A stretch of 64,000 nucleotides of DNA from Phycisphaeraceae bacterium (GCA_963674705.1 OY771506.1:2112001-2176000), one strand, 5' to 3'; shown: positions 28,080 to 39,628, counted from the stretch's first letter. Numbers and translations: made by a program. The notes: generated from the sequence alone by a model not told the origin.

Positions 28080-29328
28080 ATTTATCCGTATGCTCCGCCT
28101 GGGTATCAAGAGCCTGCTGCTGCACAAGCTGCGGTCGGCGCTGACGATGTTGGGTGTGGTGTTTGGTGTGGGCGCAGTGGTGGCGATGCTCGCGGTCGGT
28201 GAAGGGGCGCAGCGCAAGGCCCTGGACGAGATCAAGGCGCTGGGCTCGAACAACATCATGCTCAGCAGTAAGCAGAACGCTGACGATGCCGAGGCAACCA
28301 CCACCTCGATGATCAAGACCTATGGTCTGTTGTATGAGGATGAAAAACGCATCCTCGATACATTCAGTGCCGTGGAGCGCACCGTGCCGACCAAGGACCT
28401 GCGCAAGGTGACCTACTTCGGCGAGCGTTCGGTGGAACTGCGTATCGTCGGAACAACGCCGGGCTGGTTCGAGCTTGTGCCACGTGAAGTGATCGCCGGA
28501 CGTGTGCTGCTGGATCGTGATATGCAGACGTCGGCGAACGTCTGTGTTTTGACCGAATCGGGCGCGCGTAAGTTGCTGGCAGCGAGCAGCGTGATCGGCG
28601 AATCCGTCCGTGTAAGCGGTGATCTTTATCAGGTCATCGGGATTGTCCAGAACGAGGAATCATCCGGTGGCGGCCGCACGCCCGACTCCGATGTCGATGC
28701 TTACATCCCGATCAATGTCGCGAAGGAACGTTACTCCGATTTGATGATCCGTCGCGCCTCGGGTTCATTCTCGGCCGAGCAGGTTGAACTGCACCGCATT
28801 CTTATCCAGGTCAAGGACCTGAACGATGTCGAATCGGTCGCGGCGGGGATCGAACGGATGATGAAGACGTTCCACCCGCAGGGGGATTACGATCTGTACG
28901 TCCCGCTCGCGGTGTTGAATGCCGCCAAGGCGCAGGCGAGCATCTGGAAGTGGACGCTGTTCTCGATCGCCGCAATCAGCCTGCTGGTCGGCGGGATCGG
29001 GATCATGAACATCATGCTCGCATCCGTGACCGAACGCACACGCGAGATCGGCATCCGCCGGGCAATCGGTGCGAAGAAGAAACAGATCGTCAGCCAGTTC
29101 CTGGTTGAAACAGTAGTGTTGTCAGCGGTGGGCGGCCTGATCGGCACGGTCGTCGGGCCGGCGATTGCGCTCGGGATTACCGCGATGTCGGGGATCGATA
29201 CGGTGGTCCCCATGTACAGCATCGTCCTGGCGGTCGGCATCTCGGGCGGCATCGGCATCGTGTTCGGCTTGTACCCCGCCGTGCGCGCGGCGAACCTCGA
29301 CCCGATCGTGGCGCTGCGGCACGATTAA
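28072..29328 (+). CDS. ABC transporter permease (MacB/FtsX-like)
   Basis: [51 protein letters not shown]. Confidence 0.95.
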   Translation: MNKFIRMLRLGIKSLLLHKLRSALTMLGVVFGVGAVVAMLAVGEGAQRKALDEIKALGSNNIMLSSKQNADDAEATTTSMIKTYGLLYEDEKRILDTFSAVERTVPTKDLRKVTYFGERSVELRIVGTTPGWFELVPREVIAGRVLLDRDMQTSANVCVLTESGARKLLAASSVIGESVRVSGDLYQVIGIVQNEESSGGGRTPDSDVDAYIPINVAKERYSDLMIRRASGSFSAEQVELHRILIQVKDLNDVESVAAGIERMMKTFHPQGDYDLYVPLAVLNAAKAQASIWKWTLFSIAAISLLVGGIGIMNIMLASVTERTREIGIRRAIGAKKKQIVSQFLVETVVLSAVGGLIGTVVGPAIALGITAMSGIDTVVPMYSIVLAVGISGGIGIVFGLYPAVRAANLDPIVALRHD

Positions 29329-29510
29329 TCACCACAATCCCGACTCTCCCCAAGCCGCGGTCTTCGCGCAGCGATAGCGCGGGCCCTCGAATGTCTTCTG
29401 CACTTTTTGCGGCAAACCGATATCGCCACAAAAAGTCACAAAATGCAGATGAATAGAATTGCTAACATATCCTGCACTTAGTGAATCAATCGTTCTTCTG
29501 GAGAATTCTC

Positions 29511-30437
29511 TTGGCGGGATCGAATAAGAAAGTCATCTACGCCGCTCTGACCGGCAACGCATTGATCGCGATCACGAAGTTTGTCGCTGCGATGATTACC
29601 AACAGCTCGGCAATGCTTGCCGAAGGTATTCACTCGATCGTGGATACGGGCAACCAGTTGCTGCTGCTGTTCGGTTTGAAGCGGGCGAAGGTGCCTGCAG
29701 ATGAGCAGTTTCCGTTCGGGCACGGCAAAGAAGTCTACTTCTGGTCGTTCATCGTGGCGATGCTGATCTTTGCGGTTGGTGCGGCGGTGTCGATCTATAA
29801 AGGCGTGCTGCACGTCATCCATCCCGAGCCGATCGAGAACGCACTGGTGAACTACATCGTGCTGGGATTTGCAATGCTGTTTGAAGGCGCGGCCTGGTTT
29901 TTTGCACTGCGTGAGTTCGGCAAAGCCAAGGGCGACTGGGGCTATCTCGAAGCAGTTCACCGCGGCAAAGACCCATCCATGTTCGTCGTGTTGTTTGAAG
30001 ACTCCGCAGCGATGATCGGGTTAGCGATCGCGTTCCTCGGCGTGCTGCTCAGCCAGCTTACGGGCATTTATATGTTTGACGGATTGGCATCGATCCTGAT
30101 CGGCATCGTGCTCGGTGGGACCGCGGCGTGGCTTGCTTACGAGACACACAGCCTGCTCATCGGGGAAAGCGCGAACAAGCACGTCGTCGCCGGCATACGC
30201 AAGATAGTCGCCGCACAGCCTGAAGTGGAACGCGTGAACGAAGTATTAACCATGCACATGGGCCCGCAGTTTATCCTGCTCAACCTCAGTGTAGACTTTG
30301 AGGATTCTGCAACTACCGAAAAACTCGAACACCGTATCGCTTCGATCGACAAGCAGATCAAGCAAGCCTATCCGCAAGTCAAGCGCATCTTTATCGAGGC
30401 GGAACACGCAAAGTCAGGTGAATCGGGTTCAACCTGA
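29511..30437 (+). CDS. Cation diffusion facilitator family transporter
   Basis: SSAMLAEGIHSIVDTGNQ, FPFGHGKE, FEDSAA; GGAG RBS before TTG 29511. Confidence 0.9.
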   Translation: MAGSNKKVIYAALTGNALIAITKFVAAMITNSSAMLAEGIHSIVDTGNQLLLLFGLKRAKVPADEQFPFGHGKEVYFWSFIVAMLIFAVGAAVSIYKGVLHVIHPEPIENALVNYIVLGFAMLFEGAAWFFALREFGKAKGDWGYLEAVHRGKDPSMFVVLFEDSAAMIGLAIAFLGVLLSQLTGIYMFDGLASILIGIVLGGTAAWLAYETHSLLIGESANKHVVAGIRKIVAAQPEVERVNEVLTMHMGPQFILLNLSVDFEDSATTEKLEHRIASIDKQIKQAYPQVKRIFIEAEHAKSGESGST

Positions 30438-30832
30438 TCGTCGGCCGTGTTATCACGGGGCATTCATATCTCTACATCGCGCGCTTTTGTGTATTCCGCA
30501 TCGCTAACAAGAAAAACATGCATAGCTAATGTGTTGTACGCACTCGACTTTGTCGTGTCGCCGCAGCAACAGCATGGATTCCTGTTTTAAATCAATCGCA
30601 ATCTGTTACAATTAATTTGTTGAATCGGCGTCGGGCGGGGAGAGAGGGCGGACCATGACGAGCGTTCAACAATCCACTTCTGTTATCTCCCTGGCCGTAT
30701 CTATGCCTGCATTACCACCCGCGTGTGGAATGGTTCCACGCGCTGACTGATTGAACGTCCTTCGTTCTATCTCGGTATCTGTTTGCTCGATCAGGAGGAC
30801 GTGGCACACCCATTGGAGAAAGGCGGATCACA

Positions 30833-32032
30833 ATGAGGAGCGTATCACTTCGTTTTGGCACATCAATTCTGGGTATGTTTGCCATCGCGGCAACAGGGAC
30901 ATTATCAGAGGCGACGATTCCTTACGGCGGTGCGGGCGGGCCGTTCCCCGGCTTCGGCCCGGGATTGGGGACGCCTTTGAGCGTGGGCGGCAAGGAGTAC
31001 AGCCATGACTGGGACGCGACGACCATCGGCGCCGTTGCTTCCCCGCCCCCGTTCGATGCCGAGCAGATCATCGCATGGGACGGCGTCGGCGGGACGGTGG
31101 ATGTGACGGACTTCACAGGCACGCGCCCGACCTGGACACCCGACGACGAGATCGACGCCATCGCCAACCACGGCGACTTTGCTTACAAAGAGTTGAAGTC
31201 TGAGATCGCACACCTGGTGTTCTCGATCGACGACACAAGCTACGCGTATCCCGGCGGGCTCGGTGCCGCGCCGCTCCTGATGACTGTCCCATCCGCCGGG
31301 CCGATCGCGACACCGGTTGGCGCGATCGGTGGCGCGGGCGAGGTGTCGTATGAGTTGGGCACTTCGTTTGGCGCGTTGCCGAGCACCGTCGGCATCTGGG
31401 CCAAGCAGGCGGACGTCAATGGCATGCCGCTGCCTGATGATGTCGATGGTGTAGAGGTCTGGGGCCCCGAGCCACCGTTAGCCGATGCGGACAAGTATTC
31501 GCTTGATATGGATATCTTCAGCGGCGGCGCTGCCGGCGGAGCAACGTCGGTGTGGAACGCATCAGGCACGCCTTACCTTCCACATGCTGCGATTGTCGGC
31601 GCGGTAACCAGCCTGCTCGGCACACATGTGGACCCCGACCTGATCAACCTTGATGCGCTGATGGTGCAAGATATGTTTGGCGACCCCGATCGGTTTGATG
31701 ATGGCATTGCCGGGCCTGGCGATGAGATCATCTTCAGCATCCGTCAGATCCCGTCGACCGCCGACCCCAGCGGCTACTACGCCACGGGTAGCGAACTGTT
31801 TGTACTCAACGCGGTCGGTCCCGCGACGTTCCTGTCACACGGCGGGCACCTGTGGGACAAGGCGTACGCGCTGACCGCCTTTGATGTCGGCGGCCCGAAT
31901 ATGCCTCACGTGCTGGATGTCAACGCGATTGAGGCGATCGGCGAGTACTCGGTCCCTGAGCCGGCGGCGGTCACACTGACATTGCTCGGGCTGGGCGTGT
32001 GCCTCGGTAAGCGTTCACGCGAACACGGCTGA
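30833..32032 (+). CDS. PEP-CTERM secreted protein
   Basis: Signal peptide; C-terminal VPEPAAVTLTLLGLGVCLGKRSR. Confidence 0.9.
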   Translation: MRSVSLRFGTSILGMFAIAATGTLSEATIPYGGAGGPFPGFGPGLGTPLSVGGKEYSHDWDATTIGAVASPPPFDAEQIIAWDGVGGTVDVTDFTGTRPTWTPDDEIDAIANHGDFAYKELKSEIAHLVFSIDDTSYAYPGGLGAAPLLMTVPSAGPIATPVGAIGGAGEVSYELGTSFGALPSTVGIWAKQADVNGMPLPDDVDGVEVWGPEPPLADADKYSLDMDIFSGGAAGGATSVWNASGTPYLPHAAIVGAVTSLLGTHVDPDLINLDALMVQDMFGDPDRFDDGIAGPGDEIIFSIRQIPSTADPSGYYATGSELFVLNAVGPATFLSHGGHLWDKAYALTAFDVGGPNMPHVLDVNAIEAIGEYSVPEPAAVTLTLLGLGVCLGKRSREHG

Positions 32033-32077
32033 ATACCTGCGAATCCACAAAGCTGTAAAACCAACATCATTGCTCTT

Positions 32078-32106
32078 AACTCACGCCGACATGGCGTGAG
32101 TTTTTT
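32078..32106 (+). terminator. Rho-independent terminator
   Basis: AACTCACGCC-gacat-GGCGTGAGTT plus T run. Confidence 0.85.
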
Positions 32107-32217
32107 GTTGCAATCTATCTTTACATCCCGTCGGCACATCACTTGAATAGCTAAGATTAGTCGGTCAATTTGCATGGTAATCATGCTATGCTATCGCCCC
32201 GTGATTGGAGATTGAGC

Positions 32218-33213
32218 ATGTTCAAGCACACGACAACGCTGCGTTGGTTTACCTGTTTTGCATGGATACTACTGATGACGATCAATACAACATCTCAGAG
32301 CTTCGCATCCGAGACGGATGGCGATCCGCCGCCGGCAATCCTTGACGGCTTCACCGCCGACCCGGCGATCCGTGTCTTTGGTGATACGTATTACATCTAC
32401 CCGACATCGGACAGGCCCAACTGGAACACCACCGAGTTCGCGGTCTGGTCCAGCAAGAACCTGATCGACTGGAAAAAGGAAGGGGTCTTCCTCGACATCT
32501 CGAAGGACCTGGTCTGGGCGGATAATAAAGCCTGGGCCCCGGACTGCATCGAACGCAACGGCAAGTACTACTTCTACTTCTGCGCGAACCACAACATCGG
32601 CGTCGCGATAGGAGACACGCCGGTCGGGCCGTTCAAGGACGCGCTGGGTAAGCCGCTTATTGATAACGAGAAGATCAGGACGTTCAGCATCGATCCTCAC
32701 GTGTTGATTGATGATGACGGGCAGGCCTATCTTTACTTCGGCAACGGCATCCCGACGGTGTACAAGCTCAACGAAGACATGATCTCGTTTGACGGCCCGC
32801 CAGTGGAGTTTGAATTGCGTGAGTTCCGCGAAGGCATCGTCGTATTCAAGCGTAAGGGCAAGTACTACTTCATGTGGTCGATCGACGATGCACGCAGCCC
32901 GGATTACCGCGTAGGCTGGGGCGTGTCGGATTCGCCGTTCGGGCCGGTCCAGTCACCGGATGAAAACTTTATCGTGTTGCAAAAACACGGCGCAGCAGTC
33001 GCGACGGCCCATCACAGCGTGCTGAACATCCCCGGCACGGACCGCTGGTACGTCGCATACCACCGACACGCTATTCCCGACGGCAACGGCTACAAACGCC
33101 AGACGTGCCTGGTGCGGATGCAGTTCGATGAGAACGATACGATCAAGCCGATGGACCCGCTTTCGTTCCCTTTTAAGCCGGGCGATCCGGGAGAGCCGTT
33201 GAAGTCTGAATAA
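32218..33213 (+). CDS. Glycoside hydrolase family 43
   Basis: ADPAI, WAPDC, SIDPHV, REG, HHSV, YH motifs; signal peptide. Confidence 0.9.
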   Translation: MFKHTTTLRWFTCFAWILLMTINTTSQSFASETDGDPPPAILDGFTADPAIRVFGDTYYIYPTSDRPNWNTTEFAVWSSKNLIDWKKEGVFLDISKDLVWADNKAWAPDCIERNGKYYFYFCANHNIGVAIGDTPVGPFKDALGKPLIDNEKIRTFSIDPHVLIDDDGQAYLYFGNGIPTVYKLNEDMISFDGPPVEFELREFREGIVVFKRKGKYYFMWSIDDARSPDYRVGWGVSDSPFGPVQSPDENFIVLQKHGAAVATAHHSVLNIPGTDRWYVAYHRHAIPDGNGYKRQTCLVRMQFDENDTIKPMDPLSFPFKPGDPGEPLKSE

Positions 33214-33413
33214 TTGACCGGGATTCCATCATGAAGCTCATAATCGACGCACAAGACAGCAAGCCCGGCACAGCTACAAATATCGAGATCGATTTAACCG
33301 GCGACATCCAGGTTGAAGCGCAAGCAGAAGCGGTCGTGCTTGCGGGGTAATCCACTTTCCGCTTTATATATGCGTTGTGAAGGAAAGTGTAACCAATCTA
33401 TTGATGTAAACAT

Positions 33414-35723
33414 TCATGGCACTTGGATACTGATTGCTTGTCCGTTATATGTGACTGTAGTGCCGATCTTGTCAGGCTGAATGCCTGTGCCCGATTGTTC
33501 ATCGACGAATACGATGTTGAAAGTATGTGTCTTCATCATGCCGGGGTAATGCCCCTGTCGCTCGCTAATACTTAATATGTTTTCAGTATCATCCCAGCCG
33601 AATGATATCGTCGCATAGATGCCATCTTCATAGTTGTAGGTGTCTCCCTCATCTTCGTACAGTTTGAATGTGCAATTAGCGCCACGATAGACGCGCAGCT
33701 CGATCGGGTCGGTTTTTTCTGTGGCGTATTGAACCAATGGACCGAAGGGTATGATTGCTCCAGCCGGAACGAATAATGGCAGCTTCTGGATGGGGGCGCC
33801 AGTCGAGATTGTTTGCCCGCCCGTATATTGTTTTCCGGTCCAGAAGTCATACCAGTCATTGCCTTTGGGCAGATAGACCTGTCTTGATGTCGCGCCTGCC
33901 TCGATCACCGGGCAGACCATGATGTTCGGGCCAAACATGAATTGATCGGCGATATCGTAGACTTTCGGATCTTCCCGGTAATCCATGACCAGGGGGCGCA
34001 TCATCGTGTAGTCATCATCCGTGACCATCCAGGAGACAGAATAGATGTAAGGCAGTAATCGATATCGCAGTTGGTCGAAGTCGATGAGAATCTTCTGTGT
34101 TGCCTGATCGAACTTCCAGACTTCTTTGCCTTTCCCCGTGCCGTGGATGCGAAACATCGGATTGAATGTGCTGAACTGGAACCAACGCGTAAAGAGTTCA
34201 GCATAAGCGGGGTCGGCCGGGTCGCCTCCGAAGAATCCACCGATATCGGTATTCCAGTAAGGTGTTCCCGTAGCGCAGAAGTTGAGCCCCGCGGGGATTT
34301 GTCTGGCATACGTAGGCCAGTCACCATGGATATCACCGGACCAGGTGATGACCGCGTTTCGCTGCTGGCCTGGATACGCGGAGCGTGCCAATATGAGAAC
34401 GCGCTTCTCGGGGATATCTTTACGCTGGCCTTCGTATGCGGCGCTGGCATGCATCAGAGGATAGGCGTTATAGACTTCGGGACCGGGGCCTGCGGCCGTC
34501 ATGACCTCCCGCATCTGACCCGGTGCTCCACCAAGTTCAGCTTCGCATCCATCCATCCACCAGCCGTCGAAACCTAGGACCGCCAGATTGTCACGGACCT
34601 GCTGCCAATACAGATCGCGTCCCGTTGGGCTATATGCGTCATACCATCGACCGACACCCTTGGGCCAGACGTTGTTGTATGTCTTGCGATACAGAGCTTT
34701 GGCCGCGTCCAGTTCAGCCAGGTTATTTGTATCAAGATCGAAACGGGGCCAGATGGAAATGATTACATGTGCATTGTTTGCATGGATTTCGTCAACCATG
34801 GCTTTAGGGTCGGGGAATCTTGCAGCCTCAAACGTGTGTGAGCCCCATTGGCCCGGTTCCCAGTATTGCCAGTCCTGGATCACGCAATCGAGCGGGATAT
34901 TCATTTCGCGGTATTGCTTCAGCACCTCGAGCAGTTCCTTCTGGCTTGCATAACGTTCCTTGCATTGCCAGAGTCCCCACGCCCACTTGCTGAACATCGG
35001 GGCTTTTCCCGTCAATTGACGGTAGCTCTTGACCGCGTCATCAAGGTCTGGTCCGTAGATGAAGTAATAGTCCACCTGATCACCAGCTTCGGATGACCAA
35101 TGCATGATCCCGGGATCGGTTTCACCGACATTTACGTCCGTTACAGCGGGATTATCCCAAAGCAGCATGTAGCCCTTCGAAGACATTGCAACCGGCATGG
35201 CAACCCAACCGTTCTTTTGTTGCAGGTGGGCCGTATGTCCGACATAGTTCATTGTGCCGTTCTGCATCTGTCCCAGGCCGTAGATCGCTTCACCGGGATC
35301 AAGTCTGAATGACTGACTACACATCCGGGTAGGCACATCACTTATGGTCGTTTCTTTGATTGTCGTACCATTGGCTGCTTCGCTGAACAACAATTGATTT
35401 TCATTATCCAGAATGCGTATCGATCCTGAAGCTTTATCGAGCTCGATATGTAACACTTCGGTTGCAAGCCGGATGGCATCATCCTGTTCCTCAACAGTGC
35501 AATCAACATGCTTTGGGGTACCGATCACTGACAGGCTACTTCGTGGATTTGAGACACTATTGGGCGTGTGTGTGATTCTGACAACATTTTCGCTCCATAC
35601 TTCTACCCGCGTAATATGTTTTTCCAGAGTGACTTGGGTAGCAGTGACATCAGTTCCAGCATTTGCTGTCATAACGTGGCCTGTCATAAAAAGTGCGGTC
35701 GCTAGATTTTTCAGGATTTGCAT
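33414..35723 (-). CDS. Glycoside hydrolase family 31 (alpha-xylosidase-like)
   Basis: YGLGQ, QDWQYW, WWMDGCE, WSGDI, WNTDIGGF, RWFQF, LYEDEG. Confidence 0.92.
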   Translation of the reverse strand: MQILKNLATALFMTGHVMTANAGTDVTATQVTLEKHITRVEVWSENVVRITHTPNSVSNPRSSLSVIGTPKHVDCTVEEQDDAIRLATEVLHIELDKASGSIRILDNENQLLFSEAANGTTIKETTISDVPTRMCSQSFRLDPGEAIYGLGQMQNGTMNYVGHTAHLQQKNGWVAMPVAMSSKGYMLLWDNPAVTDVNVGETDPGIMHWSSEAGDQVDYYFIYGPDLDDAVKSYRQLTGKAPMFSKWAWGLWQCKERYASQKELLEVLKQYREMNIPLDCVIQDWQYWEPGQWGSHTFEAARFPDPKAMVDEIHANNAHVIISIWPRFDLDTNNLAELDAAKALYRKTYNNVWPKGVGRWYDAYSPTGRDLYWQQVRDNLAVLGFDGWWMDGCEAELGGAPGQMREVMTAAGPGPEVYNAYPLMHASAAYEGQRKDIPEKRVLILARSAYPGQQRNAVITWSGDIHGDWPTYARQIPAGLNFCATGTPYWNTDIGGFFGGDPADPAYAELFTRWFQFSTFNPMFRIHGTGKGKEVWKFDQATQKILIDFDQLRYRLLPYIYSVSWMVTDDDYTMMRPLVMDYREDPKVYDIADQFMFGPNIMVCPVIEAGATSRQVYLPKGNDWYDFWTGKQYTGGQTISTGAPIQKLPLFVPAGAIIPFGPLVQYATEKTDPIELRVYRGANCTFKLYEDEGDTYNYEDGIYATISFGWDDTENILSISERQGHYPGMMKTHTFNIVFVDEQSGTGIQPDKIGTTVTYNGQAISIQVP

Positions 35724-35823
35724 ATGTATTCCTTCCCTATAAATGCTATTGCAATCGACGTTACATTCAAGTGTTTGGGGATTGTTTTCAGTACAGCGAC
35801 AATTTCCCAGTTGCGGATACCAT

Positions 35824-36642
35824 ATGGCCATGCCTGATCGTCACGACATTACCAGTGCGGCGAATCCGCGTATCAAGTCGGCGGTCAAGCTGCGTCGATC
35901 GCGCGATCGGCGTAAAGCCGGGCTATTCCTGGCAGAGGGGCCGCGCGAGGTGGGGCGGGCGATGCAGGCGGGACTGGATGTGCTTGAAGTCTTCCATTGC
36001 CCCGCGCTCAGCGATAAAGATCTTGTTGGCAAGGTGCTGGAGCAATGCCCTGTGCAAACGGCCGTATTCAGTGTCCCTGAAGGGCTCTTGAAGATGCTGG
36101 CGTACCGGGATGAGCCGGAGGGGATCATCGCAGTGGTGCGTCAGCCGGTCTGGACGCTGGATGATCTGTTGCCTGTCGGGCCCGACGATCTTTATCTGGT
36201 GGCCGTCGGAACCGCCAAACCCGGGAATCTCGGCGCGATGGCGCGTTCGGCAGAAGCAGCGGGCTGCAAGGCGGTGTTGGCGTGCGGAACACCTGTGGAT
36301 GTCTTTAATCCGAACGCGATCCGCGCATCGACATGTGCGGTGTATACCTTGCCGATCGTGAATGCCGAAACGGAAGCAGCAATCGCCTATCTGAAAAAAC
36401 ACGGCGTCACAATCGCCGCGACGACACCAAACACAGATCGATCCATGTTTTACACAAACACTGATCTAACCGGGCCGATCGCGCTCATCATCGGGCCGGA
36501 GGATACAGGTCTGGATGATGCCTGGCTGGATGGCGCGGATAAGTGTCTGTCGATCCCGACACTTGGCAAAACGGTTGATTCACTGAATGCAGCGAATGCC
36601 GCGGCCGTCGTACTATTTGAAGCCGTGCGACAACGCTCGTGA
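35824..36642 (+). CDS. TrmH/SpoU family RNA methyltransferase
   Basis: ITSAANPRIK, KPGNLGAMARSA, IGPEDTGL, SLNAANAAAV. Confidence 0.92.
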   Translation: MAMPDRHDITSAANPRIKSAVKLRRSRDRRKAGLFLAEGPREVGRAMQAGLDVLEVFHCPALSDKDLVGKVLEQCPVQTAVFSVPEGLLKMLAYRDEPEGIIAVVRQPVWTLDDLLPVGPDDLYLVAVGTAKPGNLGAMARSAEAAGCKAVLACGTPVDVFNPNAIRASTCAVYTLPIVNAETEAAIAYLKKHGVTIAATTPNTDRSMFYTNTDLTGPIALIIGPEDTGLDDAWLDGADKCLSIPTLGKTVDSLNAANAAAVVLFEAVRQRS

Positions 36643-36648
36643 TGAGGA

Positions 36649-36817
36649 TTCACCGCAGAGATCGCTGAGGACGCAGAGCAAGGCCGAGCCGGCTACACAG
36701 TCACCTCAACAGCAAATGAAGATATTCAACTCAGTACATTCTTAATCTGTATCATCTGCACAATCTGCGGATACTTCTTGTTGACTTCTCTGCGCCCTCT
36801 GCGATCTCTGCGGTGAA
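36649..36817. repeat. REP/MITE-like element with 30-bp inverted repeats
   Basis: TTCACCGCAGAGATCGCTGAGGACGCAGAG (36649-36678) is inverted at 36788-36817 (28/30); a solo copy sits at 41698-41727. Confidence 0.8.
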
Positions 36818-36886
36818 ATTTGTCTTCACAGCTTGTTCAGTACGTCGTTGCGGGCTAAAGTGATGTTCAGCTCGGCACGTGGGTAG

Positions 36887-37459
36887 ATGGGTGCCGAGGA
36901 TACCCGGCCAAGGCCCGATGGGTCATGTCCGGGCTTTTGGCGGCAATCAATTGATTATCTACGGAACTTTAAACGAGCGAGTGTGCAAGTGTTTCAGGGT
37001 CTGATCGAAGCGGTGTCTGAACGTCTCAAGCGGGCGGATGTTTTTGAGGATGTGCAATGCAATCATGATGGATTGTGTTGCCACGCCCGTGATGTTGAGA
37101 GCGAAGCCTGCTATCAACTGCTGCCGGACGCGAATGATCCCGCAAAGGTCTGGGTGGGTTTGTATACAGCGGACCGTTGGCTAAGCGAATCCATCGAGGC
37201 GGACCTCCTGCACAGCGGCGACAAGATGGAAGATCTGCTGGATGAGGAACTGGTCGAGCTTGGGTATGACAAGGGCCCCTTGCCGATCGAGCACTTCCGC
37301 GACGATGCCAAGCAGTACGTGTTCCGTACAGCCCTGAAAATCGGCCCCGGCGATCGCCCGGCGCAAACCGACATCGACCAGGTCCTCAAGGTCATGCTGG
37401 CCTATGAGGCCTGCTTCCGCCAGCTGGGCGATATGAGCGAGTCGGACGATCTGGGCTGA
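36887..37459 (+). CDS. Hypothetical protein (true start possibly 36989)
   Basis: Acidic ORF with host-like codon usage. Confidence 0.7.
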   Translation: MGAEDTRPRPDGSCPGFWRQSIDYLRNFKRASVQVFQGLIEAVSERLKRADVFEDVQCNHDGLCCHARDVESEACYQLLPDANDPAKVWVGLYTADRWLSESIEADLLHSGDKMEDLLDEELVELGYDKGPLPIEHFRDDAKQYVFRTALKIGPGDRPAQTDIDQVLKVMLAYEACFRQLGDMSESDDLG

Positions 37460-37630
37460 CAAGTCACAATCCGGTCTGCCGGTCGTTAAAAAAACATGCC
37501 GGATTGGAAAATTCCGCCCTGCGCGGTATCTTCATAGCTCGGCTCATGTCCCATCTTTCCTTAGGTTTGTGATCAGGGGACCAAGCGGGCCAGAACGTGC
37601 CGACAGCCCCAGTTTCAGGGCGGCAACGGA

Positions 37631-39040
37631 GTGCACACCATGCGAGTCCTCATGTTGGGTTGGGAATTCCCGCCCTTTATCACCGGCGGATTAGGTACGG
37701 CCTGTTACGGGCTGACCAAGGCGCTGAGCAGGCGTCACACCGATATCACCTTCGTCTTGCCTAAGACGGTCGACGGAGAGTTTCAGCAGGATACACATGT
37801 TCGTTTGCTGTCCCAGCAGTCGCCTTCAGCCGCGATGGGTGATCGGTCACCTGAGGCCGTCGCCAGTACTTATGCCTATGAGCCGCCTCTTGCCGAAACC
37901 GAGACCAAGGCCTTTGAGCACGTGACATTCAAAGCCGTCCCCGCCCGCTTCAAACACCCCTATCCCGGCGGGATGGAATTCATCAGCGAAACCACGACGA
38001 TCCACCAGCAGGTCCCCGCTCGCCCGGACTTCAACCGCCCGATGGGTGTACTTCAGGCCTGTGATCTGCACCGCCATGGCCCGATGTCCACCCCCGGCGA
38101 TTACAGCGGCGACCTGGTCAGCGAGTCCCGCCGCTATGCCGCTTTGTGTATTGATCTGGCACAGGGTGAAGAATTTGATGTGATCCATGCACACGACTGG
38201 CTTACCTTCCCTGCCGGAATGGCAGTTGCCGCGGTGCATGGTAAACCCTTGGTTGTTCATGTGCACTCGACCGAGTTCGACCGTTCCGGCGAGCTTGTCC
38301 ATCAGCCGATCTATGACGTGGAACGCCGGGGGCTGCACGCGGCGATGCGCGTCATCGCGGTCAGTCACCTGACCAAATCCATCCTCGAAACGCGCTACAG
38401 CGTGGACCCCAGCAAGATCGAGGTGGTCTACAACGGGATCGAAAACGGCGAACCGATGCAGGCCCAGACGCCTGAGCGGATGAGCATCGAGAAGGGGGAC
38501 AAGGTCGTACTCTTCCTCGGGCGCATCACCATGCAGAAGGGCCCGGAGGTCTTTATCGCCGCGGCCAAGAAGGTGCTGCAGAAGTACGACAAGGTGAAGT
38601 TTATCATGGCCGGGTCCGGCGATAAGGTCCGGGACGTGATCGAGCTGGCCGCCCGTGAGGGGATCGGCCACAAGGTGACATTCACCGGGTTTGTCCGCGG
38701 TGACGATGTATCACGCATCTTCAAACTGGCGGACGTATTCGTGATGCCCAGCGTGTCCGAGCCGTTCGGCATCGCATCCCTCGAAGCGGTCAGCCATGAC
38801 GTGCCGGTGATCATGTCCAAGACATCCGGCGCCAGCGAGGTGCTCAAGCACACGCTCAAGGTCGACTTCTGGGATGTCGATGAGATCGCGAACAAGATTA
38901 TCGCGGTGCTCAAGCATAAATCGCTCAGCGAGGAACTGAAAACGAACGCGGATATCGAACTCCGCAAGCTCACATGGGACGGCGCGGCACAGAAGTGCAT
39001 GGAGGTCTACCAGGCGGCGATCGCCTCGATGCCGACGTGA
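37631..39040 (+). CDS. Glycosyltransferase family 4
   Basis: GWEFPPFITGGLG, IHAHDW, LFLGRITMQKG, PSVSEPFGI. Confidence 0.92.
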   Translation: MHTMRVLMLGWEFPPFITGGLGTACYGLTKALSRRHTDITFVLPKTVDGEFQQDTHVRLLSQQSPSAAMGDRSPEAVASTYAYEPPLAETETKAFEHVTFKAVPARFKHPYPGGMEFISETTTIHQQVPARPDFNRPMGVLQACDLHRHGPMSTPGDYSGDLVSESRRYAALCIDLAQGEEFDVIHAHDWLTFPAGMAVAAVHGKPLVVHVHSTEFDRSGELVHQPIYDVERRGLHAAMRVIAVSHLTKSILETRYSVDPSKIEVVYNGIENGEPMQAQTPERMSIEKGDKVVLFLGRITMQKGPEVFIAAAKKVLQKYDKVKFIMAGSGDKVRDVIELAAREGIGHKVTFTGFVRGDDVSRIFKLADVFVMPSVSEPFGIASLEAVSHDVPVIMSKTSGASEVLKHTLKVDFWDVDEIANKIIAVLKHKSLSEELKTNADIELRKLTWDGAAQKCMEVYQAAIASMPT

Positions 39041-39078
39041 GTGGGGGTAAGTAAATCAGTCAATGGGAAAGGAGTCCC

Positions 39079-39612
39079 ATGAAACTTACACGCCGACAGT
39101 TCGCACAATCGGTGGGTACGACGTTCGCCCTGACGGTTCTGGGATGTTCGGATGATGACGGCAGCGCCGCGACGGGCGGGTATGGGCGAGGCAAGCTGGT
39201 ATTGCCCGATAAGCCTTTCCGTGTCGGACACCCCGAGAAGTATCGCGACTCGGGGGTCTATGAGGATTACCGCCGGTCACACGGGGTCTGGCTGGTGTCC
39301 AACGGCAAAAATCTGGTCGCCCTGTCCGCGGTATGCACCCACAACGGCTGCGGCACACGCTTCGATTCGATGAGCCAGGTCTTCAAGTGCCCTTGCCACA
39401 GCTCTACATTTACAACCGATGGGATCAACCGCTCCGGCAGCAGGGCCGAACGCCCGCTTGAGCGATGCATGATCACGCTGAAGGGCGACCCGGGTGACCC
39501 GGGGGCCGAACTGGAAGTCAATCCAACCAAGCTGTACCGGCAGGATGACAAAAACCCGATCTCCGGCCGCAACTGGTCCAGCCCGTACTGCATCTACATC
39601 TTCGAGCAGTAG
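39079..39612 (+). CDS. Rieske [2Fe-2S] protein with Tat/lipoprotein signal
   Basis: TRRQF, VLGC, CTHNGC and CPCHSS. Confidence 0.9.
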   Translation: MKLTRRQFAQSVGTTFALTVLGCSDDDGSAATGGYGRGKLVLPDKPFRVGHPEKYRDSGVYEDYRRSHGVWLVSNGKNLVALSAVCTHNGCGTRFDSMSQVFKCPCHSSTFTTDGINRSGSRAERPLERCMITLKGDPGDPGAELEVNPTKLYRQDDKNPISGRNWSSPYCIYIFEQ

Positions 39613-39628
39613 CCGGCAAGCTGACCGG

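Noticed and set aside
30802..30817. Sigma-54 promoter for the PEP-CTERM gene
   Set aside because: TGGCAC-N5-TTGG lacks the conserved -12 GC and sits too close to the start codon.
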